Below are positions 50,276 to 59,973 of a stretch of 64,000 nt of DNA, one piece after another. The DNA comes from Candidatus Faeciplasma sp. (GTDB lineage Bacteria > Bacillota > Clostridia > Oscillospirales > Ruminococcaceae). The notes under the pieces were generated by a model, which saw only the letters and a program-made list of their open reading frames with translations, did not search any database and was not told where the DNA came from. Location of the stretch: contig JAZRDR010000006.1 in assembly GCA_045660445.1 (NCBI GenBank), forward strand, positions 1,208 to 65,207, given 5' to 3'. Within the stretch, counting starts at the first letter, position 1; each line of letters starts with the position of its first letter. Both the position numbers and the translations under genes were made by a program.

Positions 50276-50351
50276 CGGGATGTAGCGCAGTTGGTAGCGC
50301 GCCTGCTTTGGGAGCAGGATGTCGCAGGTTCAAATCCTGTCATTCCGACCA
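50276..50351 (+). tRNA. tRNA-Pro (anticodon UGG), CCA encoded
   Basis: Hand-folded cloverleaf: acceptor CGGGATG/CATTCCG (C1-G72 as in bacterial tRNA-Pro), D arm GCGC/GCGC, anticodon stem CCTGC/GCAGG with loop TTTGGGA, T arm GCAGG-TTCAAAT-CCTGT, then ACCA. Confidence 0.9.
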
Positions 50352-50484
50352 GTCGGCAGTGCCGGCAGCCAATGTCGCTGTCAGTGCTGCCAATTTTCTT
50401 TAATGGAGATATCTCGGCAAAAAGCTGATCTGTGTTCCGTTAAAATGCGCATTATAAAAGAGACAAGTTATTCGAGGAGAAAAA

Positions 50485-51210
50485 ATGAAGGTACAGATAG
50501 TTGAAAATTACAATGAAATGTCTCGCCTTGCGGCAGATATCTTCGCTCAGGTCATCAGCTCAAAGAAGCAGTGTGTTCTCGGCCTTGCCACGGGGGATAC
50601 TCCCATCGGAATGTATGAGTGTCTTGTTCAGGACCACAAGGACGGAAAGATCGATTTCGCCTTGGTCAAATCAGTCAATCTTGACGAATATTATCCTATC
50701 TCTCCCAACAACGAGCAGAGCTACCGTTATTTTATGAATCGCCATCTTTTTGATAAGGTGAACATAAACAAGGAATATACATATGTTCCCGACGGACAGG
50801 CAAAGGATGTAAATAAAAGTTGTGCTGACTATGAAAAAAACATAGATGCGCTTGGCGGCATCGACATTCAAGTCCTTGGCATCGGAAGAAATGGGCACAT
50901 TGGCTTTAACGAACCCGATAGCGAGCTTCATCCGTATACTCACATCACCGATCTGACCTTGGATACGATAGAGGCAAATTCCCGATTCTTTGAAAGCGAG
51001 AATGATGTTCCGAAGCAAGCTATTACGATGGGAATGGAAAGTATCTTCAAGGCAAGAAAGATAATTATTCTTGCCAGCGGAGAAGGAAAGGCAGATGCCG
51101 TTCAGGCAATGCTTAACGGGAAAACAACTACTGAATGTCCTGCATCACTTTTGCGCCTTCATTCCGACGTAACTCTTATTTGCGACAAGGACGCTGCAAA
51201 GAAAATATAA
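50485..51210 (+). CDS. nagB: glucosamine-6-phosphate deaminase
   Basis: 241 aa. LGLATGDTPIGMY and GIGRNGHIGFNEP motifs. Confidence 0.9.
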   Translation: MKVQIVENYNEMSRLAADIFAQVISSKKQCVLGLATGDTPIGMYECLVQDHKDGKIDFALVKSVNLDEYYPISPNNEQSYRYFMNRHLFDKVNINKEYTYVPDGQAKDVNKSCADYEKNIDALGGIDIQVLGIGRNGHIGFNEPDSELHPYTHITDLTLDTIEANSRFFESENDVPKQAITMGMESIFKARKIIILASGEGKADAVQAMLNGKTTTECPASLLRLHSDVTLICDKDAAKKI

Positions 51211-51261
51211 ATCAAATCGTTATAGAATTTGCAGTTATATGCTTATTTTAAGGAGAACGCT

Positions 51262-51942
51262 ATGAAAGATGAATGTTTGATCTGCGGCGCACCTCTTATA
51301 TATTTAGAAAAAGATGTTGAAATGGAATGTGCTGTCTGTCATAAAAAAGAGAGCAGCAAGACCGTTTGCGAAAAGGGACATTATGTATGCAATGAATGCC
51401 ACTCAAATGGCATTGATTCGCTGATGGGCGTTTGTCTTGCGGTGGATTCTAAAAACCCCGCAGAAATAATTCGCAAGTTGATGGCTCTGCCATTTTGCCA
51501 TATGCATGGTCCCGAGCATCATATCATGGTAGGAGCAGCCCTTCTGACTGCCTATAAAAATGCAGGCGGAAATATCGACCTTGAAAAATGCCTTTTAGAA
51601 ATGCAATCAAGGGGCAAAAAGGTTCCCGGCGGTGCGTGCGGTTTTTGGGGAGCCTGCGGAGCAGGTATCAGCGCGGGAATGTTTGTTTCTATCGTTACAG
51701 GCTCAACACCGCTTAAAAACAAAGAATGGGCTTTATCAAATCAAATGACGTCCGAAGCATTGGGTGCGATCGCCTCGTGGGGCGGCCCTCGTTGCTGTAA
51801 ACGAAACTCTTATACCGCAATAATAAAAGCGGTGGAATTTGCAAAAACACATCTTGGTGTGGAAATGGAGCTTGACGAGATCAAGTGTAGCCACTCGACA
51901 CAGAATAACCAATGCATCAAGGAGAGGTGTCCGTTTAACTAA
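51262..51942 (+). CDS. Cys-rich DUF5714-like protein
   Basis: Start at ATG 51262 behind AAGGAG. CLICG, CAVC, CNEC, then HMHGPEHH and GACGFWGACGAG. Confidence 0.55.
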   Translation: MKDECLICGAPLIYLEKDVEMECAVCHKKESSKTVCEKGHYVCNECHSNGIDSLMGVCLAVDSKNPAEIIRKLMALPFCHMHGPEHHIMVGAALLTAYKNAGGNIDLEKCLLEMQSRGKKVPGGACGFWGACGAGISAGMFVSIVTGSTPLKNKEWALSNQMTSEALGAIASWGGPRCCKRNSYTAIIKAVEFAKTHLGVEMELDEIKCSHSTQNNQCIKERCPFN

Positions 51943-52042
51943 AAGTGCATTGCCGCATATGGCTATACCTCTGTTATTACTTTTGTATACTTTTTCAAAA
52001 AGTGGGGAAAGTAAATATCAGAAAATATTCGGAGGTAATGCT

Positions 52043-52705
52043 ATGTTTAAACACGAAAAATTGCTTTTTCATCCTGTTTCAGTGGAAAGACCCAATCCGC
52101 AGTATGCGGCGCTTTTGCAGGAACAGCTTGGCGGCGGAAACGGAGAGTTAAAGGCGGCGATGCAATATATGTCTCAAAGCTTCAGGATCAAAGATCCAGA
52201 AATTAAAGACCTCTTCCTTGACATTGCTGCAGAAGAGCTTGGCCATATGGAAATGGTGGCACAGACCATCAATATGCTTAATGGCCATGATGTTGATGCC
52301 GAAAGTGTTCCCAACGGCGAGATCCAAACGCATGTGCTTTTGGGCTTAAACCCGGGGCTTATCAATGCATCGGGTTATTCCTGGACCGGCGATTATGTAA
52401 CCGTTACAGGAGATCTGTGTGCCGACTTGCTCAGTAATATCGCATCGGAACAGCGTGCAAAGGTGGTTTATGAATATCTTTACCGACAGATAAACGACAA
52501 AAAGGTGCGTGAAACCATCGACTTTCTTTTAAACCGCGAGGAAGCACACAATCAGATGTTCCGTGATGCCTTTAACAAGGTGCAGAACTCGGGCTCGAAC
52601 AGAGATTTTGGCACCACAAAAGCTGCAAAAATGTATTTCTCCATGTCAGACCCCGGACCCAATACTTTTGCCACGGGCGAGACAAAACCCGTATCTTTTA
52701 GTTAA
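52043..52705 (+). CDS. manganese catalase family protein
   Basis: Start at ATG 52043 behind GGAGGT. GGGNGELKAAMQYMSQSF and EELGHMEMV motifs. The N-terminal extension in the track ORF is unlikely. Confidence 0.85.
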   Translation: MFKHEKLLFHPVSVERPNPQYAALLQEQLGGGNGELKAAMQYMSQSFRIKDPEIKDLFLDIAAEELGHMEMVAQTINMLNGHDVDAESVPNGEIQTHVLLGLNPGLINASGYSWTGDYVTVTGDLCADLLSNIASEQRAKVVYEYLYRQINDKKVRETIDFLLNREEAHNQMFRDAFNKVQNSGSNRDFGTTKAAKMYFSMSDPGPNTFATGETKPVSFS

Positions 52706-52717
52706 TAAAATGTGAAA

Positions 52718-52765
52718 CAGCCTCTTGGTGTTAATCTTCCAACACTAAGAGGCTGGAGTGTTTTT
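52718..52765 (+). terminator. rho-independent terminator
   Basis: CAGCCTCTTGGTGTT-aatcttcc-AACACTAAGAGGCTG followed by gagtgTTTTT. Confidence 0.75.
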
Positions 52766-52990
52766 GGCACATCTTTTTGCAGACGCATATCAAAGATGAA
52801 ACCTGTGTGAACATCTTAAGAAATCGTTGACAGTTATGCATGGTTGTGATAAAATACAAATTGCACTGATTTTACGATAAGAATTAGGCTAAAATGCATA
52901 AACATTCAGCGGATATCCCTATTAAAAAAGAATAAACCAAACAAAACAGTATAGATTAATATTCAAGACAAAATGAAAGGAGAGACTTTA

Positions 52991-53572
52991 ATGAGGATCT
53001 GTGTTTACGGTGCGGCTTCGCCGACGATCGACAAGGATTACATTGAAAAGGTTGAGGTTTTGGGATCTGAAATGGCTTTGCGCAATCATTCGCTTGTTTT
53101 TGGCGGAGGCGGCAACGGACTTATGGGTGCTGTGGCCAGAGGGGTTAAATCTCAGGGCGGCAAGATATTGGGCGTTATCCCCAAGTTCTTCAGAAACGAA
53201 AGCGTTGAAGCTATCAGTGAAATTTGCGACACTCTTATCGAGCCTGACACCATGCGCGAGCGCAAGCAGATAATGGAGGACAATGCAGACGCATTCATCG
53301 TTGTTCCGGGCGGAATTGGAACATTTGAAGAATTCTTTGAGATCCTCACTCTTAAGCAGCTCTGCCGTCACAACAAGCCAATTGCAATATATAACGTCAA
53401 CGGTTATTATGACGGGCTGAATGCTTTCATGGCTGATGCTATTAAGAAGAACTTTATTAAGGATAACTGCTTTGGACTTTATTACACGACTGACAGCCTT
53501 GACGAGCTGTTTAAGTATATCGAGGCTCCCGTCAACGAGATCAGAACGGTTAAGGAATTAAAGGATGGGTAA
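52991..53572 (+). CDS. LOG-family (TIGR00730) nucleotide phosphoribohydrolase
   Basis: Start at ATG 52991 behind AAAGGAGAG. VFGGGGNGLMG and PGGIGTFEEFFE motifs. Confidence 0.85.
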   Translation: MRICVYGAASPTIDKDYIEKVEVLGSEMALRNHSLVFGGGGNGLMGAVARGVKSQGGKILGVIPKFFRNESVEAISEICDTLIEPDTMRERKQIMEDNADAFIVVPGGIGTFEEFFEILTLKQLCRHNKPIAIYNVNGYYDGLNAFMADAIKKNFIKDNCFGLYYTTDSLDELFKYIEAPVNEIRTVKELKDG

Positions 53573-53580
53573 AACAAAAA

Positions 53581-53606
53581 GCATCGCTTGATTGCGATGC
53601 TTTTTT
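53581..53606. terminator. bidirectional terminator
   Basis: GCATCGC-ttgatt-GCGATGC followed by TTTTTT, between convergent genes. Confidence 0.7.
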
Positions 53607-54291
53607 ATATTCCGTATTTAATTTTAACTCGCTCGAGCTTCTCGCCAAATGGTCTTGCCAAAAACCAAAGGAACACAAAGTTCGACACAGCATACATCGC
53701 TGTGTGAGGGAGTGCCGTTACAACAGATGCAAGATACAAAGTCATATTAAGCTCGCCGCTATACCACACGACCGACCAAACGTCCATTATAAGAGAGAAA
53801 GCGATACCTGATATAACACCGTATATGCAAAGAAGAACTCTGCTCTTTTTAAGTGGCTTTTTTAAATATCCCGCCAAAAGCCCAATAAGCCCCCATGCAA
53901 GCATTTGAAAAGGTGTCCACGGCCCCTGACCAAAATAAAAATTCGATATAAGTGCCGAAAGTGCACCCACCAAAAAGCCTGCTTCGCCGCCAAGATACAT
54001 TGCCGTTATTATTGTCAGCGCAGTAATCGGCTTGAAAAATGGGATGAATCTTCCCACGATGCAAAGCGCTGTCATAACCGCAACCGTCACCGCACGGCGC
54101 GAGCCGATGAGCTTTTTCTCATAACCCGATATAAACAACACGACAGCCATCAATGCAACCGCAAAGGATATAAAAAGATATCGTTTTTCATCGAAGACGG
54201 TTATGCCCAAAAATATCACAAGAGGGATCAAAACAAACGGCAACGTGACCTTTAAAACTCTTCGTGCGGTTTTATTTTTTATAACTATCAC
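53605..54291 (-). CDS. ECF transporter substrate-specific (S) component
   Basis: 228 aa with about 6 TM helices. GTG start overlaps the ATPase stop (GTGA). Last gene of the ECF operon. Confidence 0.65.
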   Translation of the reverse strand: MIVIKNKTARRVLKVTLPFVLIPLVIFLGITVFDEKRYLFISFAVALMAVVLFISGYEKKLIGSRRAVTVAVMTALCIVGRFIPFFKPITALTIITAMYLGGEAGFLVGALSALISNFYFGQGPWTPFQMLAWGLIGLLAGYLKKPLKKSRVLLCIYGVISGIAFSLIMDVWSVVWYSGELNMTLYLASVVTALPHTAMYAVSNFVFLWFLARPFGEKLERVKIKYGI

Positions 54292-55919
54292 TCGCTGTCA
54301 CCGCCCTCTTTCTTGTTTAAGAGGCTTAGCTTTGCTGCCTGCTCGAGCGTGACGGCGTTGTTATAATACCCCTTTGTCATTCTTGCTGTGGCTGTTGTAT
54401 AGAAGCTGTTTTGCCCAAAGAAACGTGTGGGAGTGTCTTTTGAAACGATTCCTCCTCTAAAGCAAAGCGCGCAGCGATCTGCACACATTGCGGCAAATTC
54501 AACGTCATGAGTGACTATCACGACTGTCATTCCGTTTGATTTAAGTCTTTTAATGATCTCAATAAGCCTTATCTTTGCATTCGCATCAAGACCTTTTGTG
54601 GGCTCGTCCAAAAGAAGAAGCCTTGGCTTTTGCGAAAGCACCCTTGCAAGTGCCAAAAGCTGTTGCTCACCGCCCGAAAGATCATAAGGATGCAGATCGT
54701 AAAGTGCTGAAAGTGCGGATGGGATAAGTTCAGGGCTTATGTCGGCAAGCTCCTTGCGAACAGTGTTTTTCATAAACACCGTTTGCACGTCCTGCGGAAG
54801 CATTGCAACGCACTCGCGATAAAGCGAGCCGTTTTTATAATCCTTTATCTTTTTGCCGAACACCTTAACGCTTCCGCTATAATGCTTAAAAAGTCCCGCG
54901 GCTACGTTTAAGAGTGTCGTTTTTCCCGAACCGTTTCCACCAAGGATGCAAAAGATCTCGTTTTCATAGATCTTCAAGTTCATTCCACAAAGGGCATCTG
55001 CAAGCCCGCGGTTATATTTAAAATAAACCTCGTTAAGCTCGAGAGCGACTTTTTCCGAGTGTGTATATTCCTGTTCTTCAAGCTCGCAAACTGTGTTTGC
55101 AAAATTTGATTCGATAAATTCCCTGCCCTCTCTAACGCTTAAGGGGCAGTTGCCAACACCGCCAACCTTGTGATAAAGTCTTTCAGATGCAGGCATCATG
55201 TTTAAAAGCTTAGTGTCGGCAATATTGGCGACAGCCTCTCGAGGTGGTGCATCCATGATCACCTTGCCATCCTGGAGAGCTATAAGTCTTGTGCAATCGG
55301 GGATGACGTCTTCATGCCTGTGCTCTGCGATTATGACCGTTAGCGCAAGCTCGCGGTTAAGCTTTTTAACGGTTGAAATAAACTCGCTTGCGGCAATCGG
55401 GTCGAGCTGTGCTGTGGGCTCGTCCAGAATCAGCACTTCGGGCTGCATTACCATTACTGCCGCCAAGTTTAAAAGCTGTTTTTGTCCGCCTGAGAGTGAA
55501 GCTGTATCCTTATCAAACCAATCCTGAATCCCGAAATATGCCGCCATCTCGGCAATTCTTGCCGAGATCACGTTGCTTGACAACCCCATATTTTCAAGTC
55601 CAAAGGCAAGCTCGCTGTATACCTTGTCGCAAACTATCTGCTGTTCGGGGCGCTGCATAACATAGCCTATCTTACAGGCAGAGGTGATATCATCAAGCTC
55701 GTCTATCGGTTTGCCGCAATAATAAACGTCACCCGTTTTTTCGCCCAATGGCGAGACCTCTTTTTTAAGAAGTCTTAAAAGCGTGGATTTTCCGCTGCCT
55801 GTCGCTCCGCAAAGCGCCAAAAGCTCGCCTCTGTTAATTTTCAAAGAGACATTTTTGACAGAGGGTATATCACAATTCGGATATTTGAAGCTTAGATTTT
55901 CGAGCTTAAGTATTTCCAT
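54288..55919 (-). CDS. ECF transporter fused double ATPase (EcfA-EcfA')
   Basis: Start at ATG 55919 behind AAAGGAGG. Two ABC cassettes (GATGSGKST..LSGGQKQ..LILDEPT and GGNGSGKTT..LSGGEQQ..LLLDEPT). Confidence 0.9.
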   Translation of the reverse strand: MEILKLENLSFKYPNCDIPSVKNVSLKINRGELLALCGATGSGKSTLLRLLKKEVSPLGEKTGDVYYCGKPIDELDDITSACKIGYVMQRPEQQIVCDKVYSELAFGLENMGLSSNVISARIAEMAAYFGIQDWFDKDTASLSGGQKQLLNLAAVMVMQPEVLILDEPTAQLDPIAASEFISTVKKLNRELALTVIIAEHRHEDVIPDCTRLIALQDGKVIMDAPPREAVANIADTKLLNMMPASERLYHKVGGVGNCPLSVREGREFIESNFANTVCELEEQEYTHSEKVALELNEVYFKYNRGLADALCGMNLKIYENEIFCILGGNGSGKTTLLNVAAGLFKHYSGSVKVFGKKIKDYKNGSLYRECVAMLPQDVQTVFMKNTVRKELADISPELIPSALSALYDLHPYDLSGGEQQLLALARVLSQKPRLLLLDEPTKGLDANAKIRLIEIIKRLKSNGMTVVIVTHDVEFAAMCADRCALCFRGGIVSKDTPTRFFGQNSFYTTATARMTKGYYNNAVTLEQAAKLSLLNKKEGGDSE

Positions 55920-56782
55920 CGCAGTGCCTCCTTTAAGTTTATTATCGACGGCAAAATGCAAAGAATGCCGTATGAGATATATCCCAAAACCGTTATATAT
56001 GATGATATGGATAATGATATCTCGGGGTAGAATTCAAATCCCGCATGGTTTATTCCAAACGCTGAAAGCAATAGCAGCAAGATGCTTACAGTAAGCATAA
56101 AAGCATCCTGCAATGTAAATTTAAAAACGGAAAAATGCGTTCTTTTATGAGTGCCATATCCGCGTGCGGTCATACTGTCGGCGGTGATTATGCCGTTTTC
56201 AAGCGACCACGTTACCATCACCGAGAACACGCGAATTCCAAAGCGCGCTTTGTCGATAATATTGTCATCGCTGTAAAGTCCCAAGGCTTTTTGGGTGTTT
56301 ACAACTCTTTGCAGCTGCGATTTAAACAAGGGAATATAGCGAAGCGTCATCGAAAAAACAAGTGCCAGCCTTGGCGAAAGTGCGCCAAAGATATATAAAA
56401 GCTTATCGCTTGTCATTATAAACGAAAAACATCCGAACCAATACATAACTGCGGCTATCATAAGCCCCGAGGATAAGCCGAAAAGCATTGCTTCAAGTGT
56501 GATGGGGTTGTCGTTCAAAACAAACAGAACAGTTTTTCCGTTGTGCGAAACGAGCGTATTTATCACCACTGATGCAAAAACGACTAAAAGCGCAAATCCG
56601 TGCATTTTTGCGGCATTTCTGCCGTGATAAGTCGAATAAAGTATCGCTCCGCCAAAAAGCGAGATCATATTGCAAATGGGGTCTGTGCTGAACATTGTAA
56701 CACCTGCAACCGCCAAGATATAAATTGCAACCGCAAACGGATTGCAGTCTTTAAATGCACGCACAGATTCATCCCCTTTCAT
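55892..56782 (-). CDS. ECF transporter transmembrane (T) component, CbiQ/EcfT family
   Basis: 296 aa and polytopic. ARGY-type motif (MTARGYG). Confidence 0.85.
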   Translation of the reverse strand: MKGDESVRAFKDCNPFAVAIYILAVAGVTMFSTDPICNMISLFGGAILYSTYHGRNAAKMHGFALLVVFASVVINTLVSHNGKTVLFVLNDNPITLEAMLFGLSSGLMIAAVMYWFGCFSFIMTSDKLLYIFGALSPRLALVFSMTLRYIPLFKSQLQRVVNTQKALGLYSDDNIIDKARFGIRVFSVMVTWSLENGIITADSMTARGYGTHKRTHFSVFKFTLQDAFMLTVSILLLLLSAFGINHAGFEFYPEISLSISSYITVLGYISYGILCILPSIINLKEALRWKYLSSKI

Positions 56783-56788
56783 ACTAAT

Positions 56789-58297
56789 TTAAATCGTTTC
56801 CAAGCTCAACGTATAAAGCCACTCGACCTTGTCGCCACTTGAAAGAACGTATTCATCACACCCTAAGGACATCGTTTCGCCGTTAACACGATATGTCCAG
56901 CCCGAAAGATCGCCAAAATCGAATTCATAAATGTTGCCGATCCCCTCGATGTATTTCATTCCGTCGCTGCCGCTTGATTCAACGTGAAGCGAGTTAAGCC
57001 TTGCCACCTCGATAAGAATATCATAAACGGTGTCGGATGAGTCTATCTCAAGCTCGGTGACTTCTAAAATTACTCCGTCAGAGGGGATGTGCTTGTCTCT
57101 TCCCGCAACGGCATCGCACCTTATTTCAAGGGTTACCGTGCCGATGATGTCGCCCTTTTGTGTTGCTTCACCGTAATAACCCTCGGCCGATTTAATATCA
57201 ACGAAGATGACAACAGCTATCATAACCAAGCCAAGCGCCAAGACCGCCAAAAGATTCTTTTTATTCAGCTTTTTTGCGATCGCCAAAGCAATGCACACGG
57301 CCGCCGTTAAGCCGATTATAATGCAAACTGTGATCGGTTTATATCCAATAACTTCGCTTTTTGGCGAGGTATATGAGATGTTATCAAAAAGATATATGCT
57401 CCCCTCGCCGTCAATCATATTTGAATATGCCACTAATGCAAGCACTGCCTGCGAGGTTGCGCTTTCGCTTTCTTCGCCGCCCTTAATGTGACAAAATCCT
57501 CCCGACGGAAGCGAATAGTCCTTAATAGCGGTTAAAAGAGTGTTCCCCTCTTTAATAAATCTTTCGTCTGCTTCAAGATCGATATCAAGTGAGGAAAGAG
57601 CGATTATCACCTGCGACACACTTTCGCAATTTTCCTCGCCCATGCTCATAAATCCGCCGTTTGAAAGCTGAGAGTTTGACAAAAACGAAAGCGCCTTGTC
57701 AACAGCCTCACCGATATTTTCATCACTATAATGAGGAGCAAGCGCTTGCAACACCATTGCGGTGGCATCGGTATCGCCCACTTCGCCCATCACTGCCCAG
57801 CCACCGTCTGAAAGCTGCAAGGAAAGGATCGTGTTGATAACATCGCTTGCAAAGTGTGAGCGCGACTTAAATCCGTTATTTAGAATATGCAGGCCATATA
57901 CATAGCTCATAAGCCCCTGCTTGCCCACAGAATCCTCAAGCGTTTGATAGATATATTCACTGTCACCGCCGGTTGCTATATAAGCAAGGGCGATTTTTTG
58001 GCGAGTCGTTGCCGAGGCAACGCTGTTATCACGCAAATACTCATCAAGCGCTAAGCGATAGTCGGAAAAATCAAGACCGCCATCTTTTGAAAGTGAAATT
58101 ATATACCACACGCTGTCGGCAGGGCTTTTTGTTAATGATGAATCAAGCCATTCCTGCACAGTTTCGGTATTAGGATCTAAATGCTTATATTCGATGATGC
58201 TATCAAGCAATGCGTCCGTCCCATTTGCCGAGATTTCAAGCGCAAGCGAGAATATAAGCAAAGTGCAAATAAGTAAAGATAAAAGTTTATTTTTCAT
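56789..58297 (-). CDS. surface protein: prenyltransferase/terpene-cyclase-like alpha/alpha toroid + TM + DUF4430 domain
   Basis: 502 aa with a signal peptide. Repeats LQLSDGGWA, SQLSNGGF and YSLPSGGFCH, an internal TM helix, and a C-terminal DUF4430 pattern (LSGWTYRVNGETMSLGCDEYVLSSGDKVEWLYT). Confidence 0.75.
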   Translation of the reverse strand: MKNKLLSLLICTLLIFSLALEISANGTDALLDSIIEYKHLDPNTETVQEWLDSSLTKSPADSVWYIISLSKDGGLDFSDYRLALDEYLRDNSVASATTRQKIALAYIATGGDSEYIYQTLEDSVGKQGLMSYVYGLHILNNGFKSRSHFASDVINTILSLQLSDGGWAVMGEVGDTDATAMVLQALAPHYSDENIGEAVDKALSFLSNSQLSNGGFMSMGEENCESVSQVIIALSSLDIDLEADERFIKEGNTLLTAIKDYSLPSGGFCHIKGGEESESATSQAVLALVAYSNMIDGEGSIYLFDNISYTSPKSEVIGYKPITVCIIIGLTAAVCIALAIAKKLNKKNLLAVLALGLVMIAVVIFVDIKSAEGYYGEATQKGDIIGTVTLEIRCDAVAGRDKHIPSDGVILEVTELEIDSSDTVYDILIEVARLNSLHVESSGSDGMKYIEGIGNIYEFDFGDLSGWTYRVNGETMSLGCDEYVLSSGDKVEWLYTLSLETI

Positions 58298-59087
58298 TGT
58301 TTTTTCTCTTAAGTGCTGAATATGAAATGAAAACCGCCACAGAAAGCAGGACTATTACCCCAAGTCCCACAACTGCTGCCGCGCCGATTTTTGGGGCTGT
58401 GCCGATGACTGTTAAAGTGCAGATCGGCGGAACGAGTGTCTCGGTTTCAGACACAGCGCTTATTATGTGTTCGCCTGCTTTGTTGCAGGTTATGGTTGCG
58501 GTTCCGTTTTCATCGGTGATAATGCCGGTGTCCTTGCCGTTAAGAGTGATATTTGCACCAACCACAGGAACTGTTATGGGATTCCAATTTTCATCATATG
58601 TTGCCGCCAAAAGCGTTAGGGTGACATTTCCACCCTCCTCGCAGGAAGAGGTCAGTAAATCAAAATAAGAATATGTATCGCTCCACGAAATAAGGTCGGT
58701 ATAAGCGTATGCATATAAATGGTCGCCATCCGAAACGGTGTCCAAAAGACTTGCCGAGGACTGGTTATTTATATAATAACCATAGCTTCCGCCGTTTACA
58801 GTTCCCCAAAGCTTGTTTAAGGACAAGCCGTATTCGCTTTTTACTGCCTCATAACCCTCTTTCGCCCCGCCTTTATAAAACTCCTCGTGGGCAGCAAACA
58901 GAGCATCGTTCACGGTGACAACACCGTCACCATCGAAATCGGATACTGCTATTTTTTCATATTTAACAGCTAAGGGTGCGTTATCATCCGAAATGGTAAC
59001 GTATACCGACACATCCTCGGCGCATGTTGTTATGCAAAGTGCAAGTGCAAGCATAACGGCTGTTAAAATGCTAAGTGTTCTTTTCAT
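58287..59087 (-). CDS. surface-anchored protein with Ca-binding DxDGDG motif, DUF4430-like and Ig-like domains
   Basis: Start at ATG 59087 behind GGAGG. Signal peptide, SDFDGDGVVTVNDA, GGSYGYYINNQ...SDGDHLYAYAY, and a C-terminal TM anchor. Confidence 0.7.
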   Translation of the reverse strand: MKRTLSILTAVMLALALCITTCAEDVSVYVTISDDNAPLAVKYEKIAVSDFDGDGVVTVNDALFAAHEEFYKGGAKEGYEAVKSEYGLSLNKLWGTVNGGSYGYYINNQSSASLLDTVSDGDHLYAYAYTDLISWSDTYSYFDLLTSSCEEGGNVTLTLLAATYDENWNPITVPVVGANITLNGKDTGIITDENGTATITCNKAGEHIISAVSETETLVPPICTLTVIGTAPKIGAAAVVGLGVIVLLSVAVFISYSALKRKNNEK

Positions 59088-59211
59088 GTTAAATTCCTCC
59101 GAATTTTGCATTAAGCGTATTATAGCATACTTTTCAGCATTTTTACAGCCTTTATGAAATTATTTGCATTATAAAAGACTGCCGCAAAAGCAACAGTCTT
59201 TTGATAGTCAT

Positions 59212-59973
59212 TTAATTTGCCTGAGAATATAACACTCCATTGTGCGCCTCAAGATCACTGCCATAAGCCTCAAAAAGATCGGTAACCGTTACGAAAGTAT
59301 AGCCTTCTTCAACAAGTCTTGGCAAAATAGTTTTCAATGCTTCTACAGTGTTATCGTTACCTACAAAGCAATGCAAAACAGCAACCTTGCCCTCGCTGCA
59401 TTGTTCAAAGAAGAGTTTTACTCTCTCCTCGGCAGAAACAGTCTTATCCCAGTCCTTTGAACTGAAGCCGCCGATAAAGGGAAGATCTATAACGTCATAC
59501 ATTGTCTGGCTCATATCGATATAAGGTGGGCGGAAAAGGTCGGGCGACTGGCCAACAACTTCACGCACCTTGCGCTGAGTTTTTGTAATCTCATCCTCGA
59601 TCTCTTCGGCGGAAAGCTTTGAAGTGTATCCGTGACTCCAAGTGTGGTTACCAAGTTCGCATCCCATTTCATAAGCGCGCTTCATAACCTCGCCCGATTC
59701 GTCATTTATATACTTTCCAATAAGGAAGAATGTTGCAACAGCATCATATTCCTCTAAAAGATCCAAAACCTCTACCATTGTGGTGGTGTTCGGTCCGTCA
59801 TCAAATGTAAGTGCTATAAGCTTCTGGGGTTCTTTCACAGTAATCTCCTCCTCGGTCAAAGACGTGTCTTGTTCATTAGTAATCTCATTTTGATTATCTG
59901 CGGGCATATTTGCGCAAGCTGTGAAAAGCATTGCACCAGCCATCAATAAAAATATTATTCTTTTCATAATCAT
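59212..59973 (-). CDS. polysaccharide deacetylase (CE4) lipoprotein
   Basis: Lipobox LFTAC. LTFDDGP and GNHTWSH motifs. Confidence 0.85.
   Translation of the reverse strand: MIMKRIIFLLMAGAMLFTACANMPADNQNEITNEQDTSLTEEEITVKEPQKLIALTFDDGPNTTTMVEVLDLLEEYDAVATFFLIGKYINDESGEVMKRAYEMGCELGNHTWSHGYTSKLSAEEIEDEITKTQRKVREVVGQSPDLFRPPYIDMSQTMYDVIDLPFIGGFSSKDWDKTVSAEERVKLFFEQCSEGKVAVLHCFVGNDNTVEALKTILPRLVEEGYTFVTVTDLFEAYGSDLEAHNGVLYSQAN

Noticed and set aside
50276-50351. tRNA-Pro as a possible integration hotspot or island anchor.
   Set aside because: There is no integrase, no repeat of the tRNA 3-prime end and no composition change on either side. The neighbours are housekeeping genes (LiaF-like, nagB).
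59088-59211. I looked for a cobalamin or other riboswitch upstream of the ECF/DUF4430 operon.
   Set aside because: The spacer is only ~120 nt and is mostly taken up by the terminator hairpin of the upstream deacetylase gene. No B12-box-like sequence is visible.
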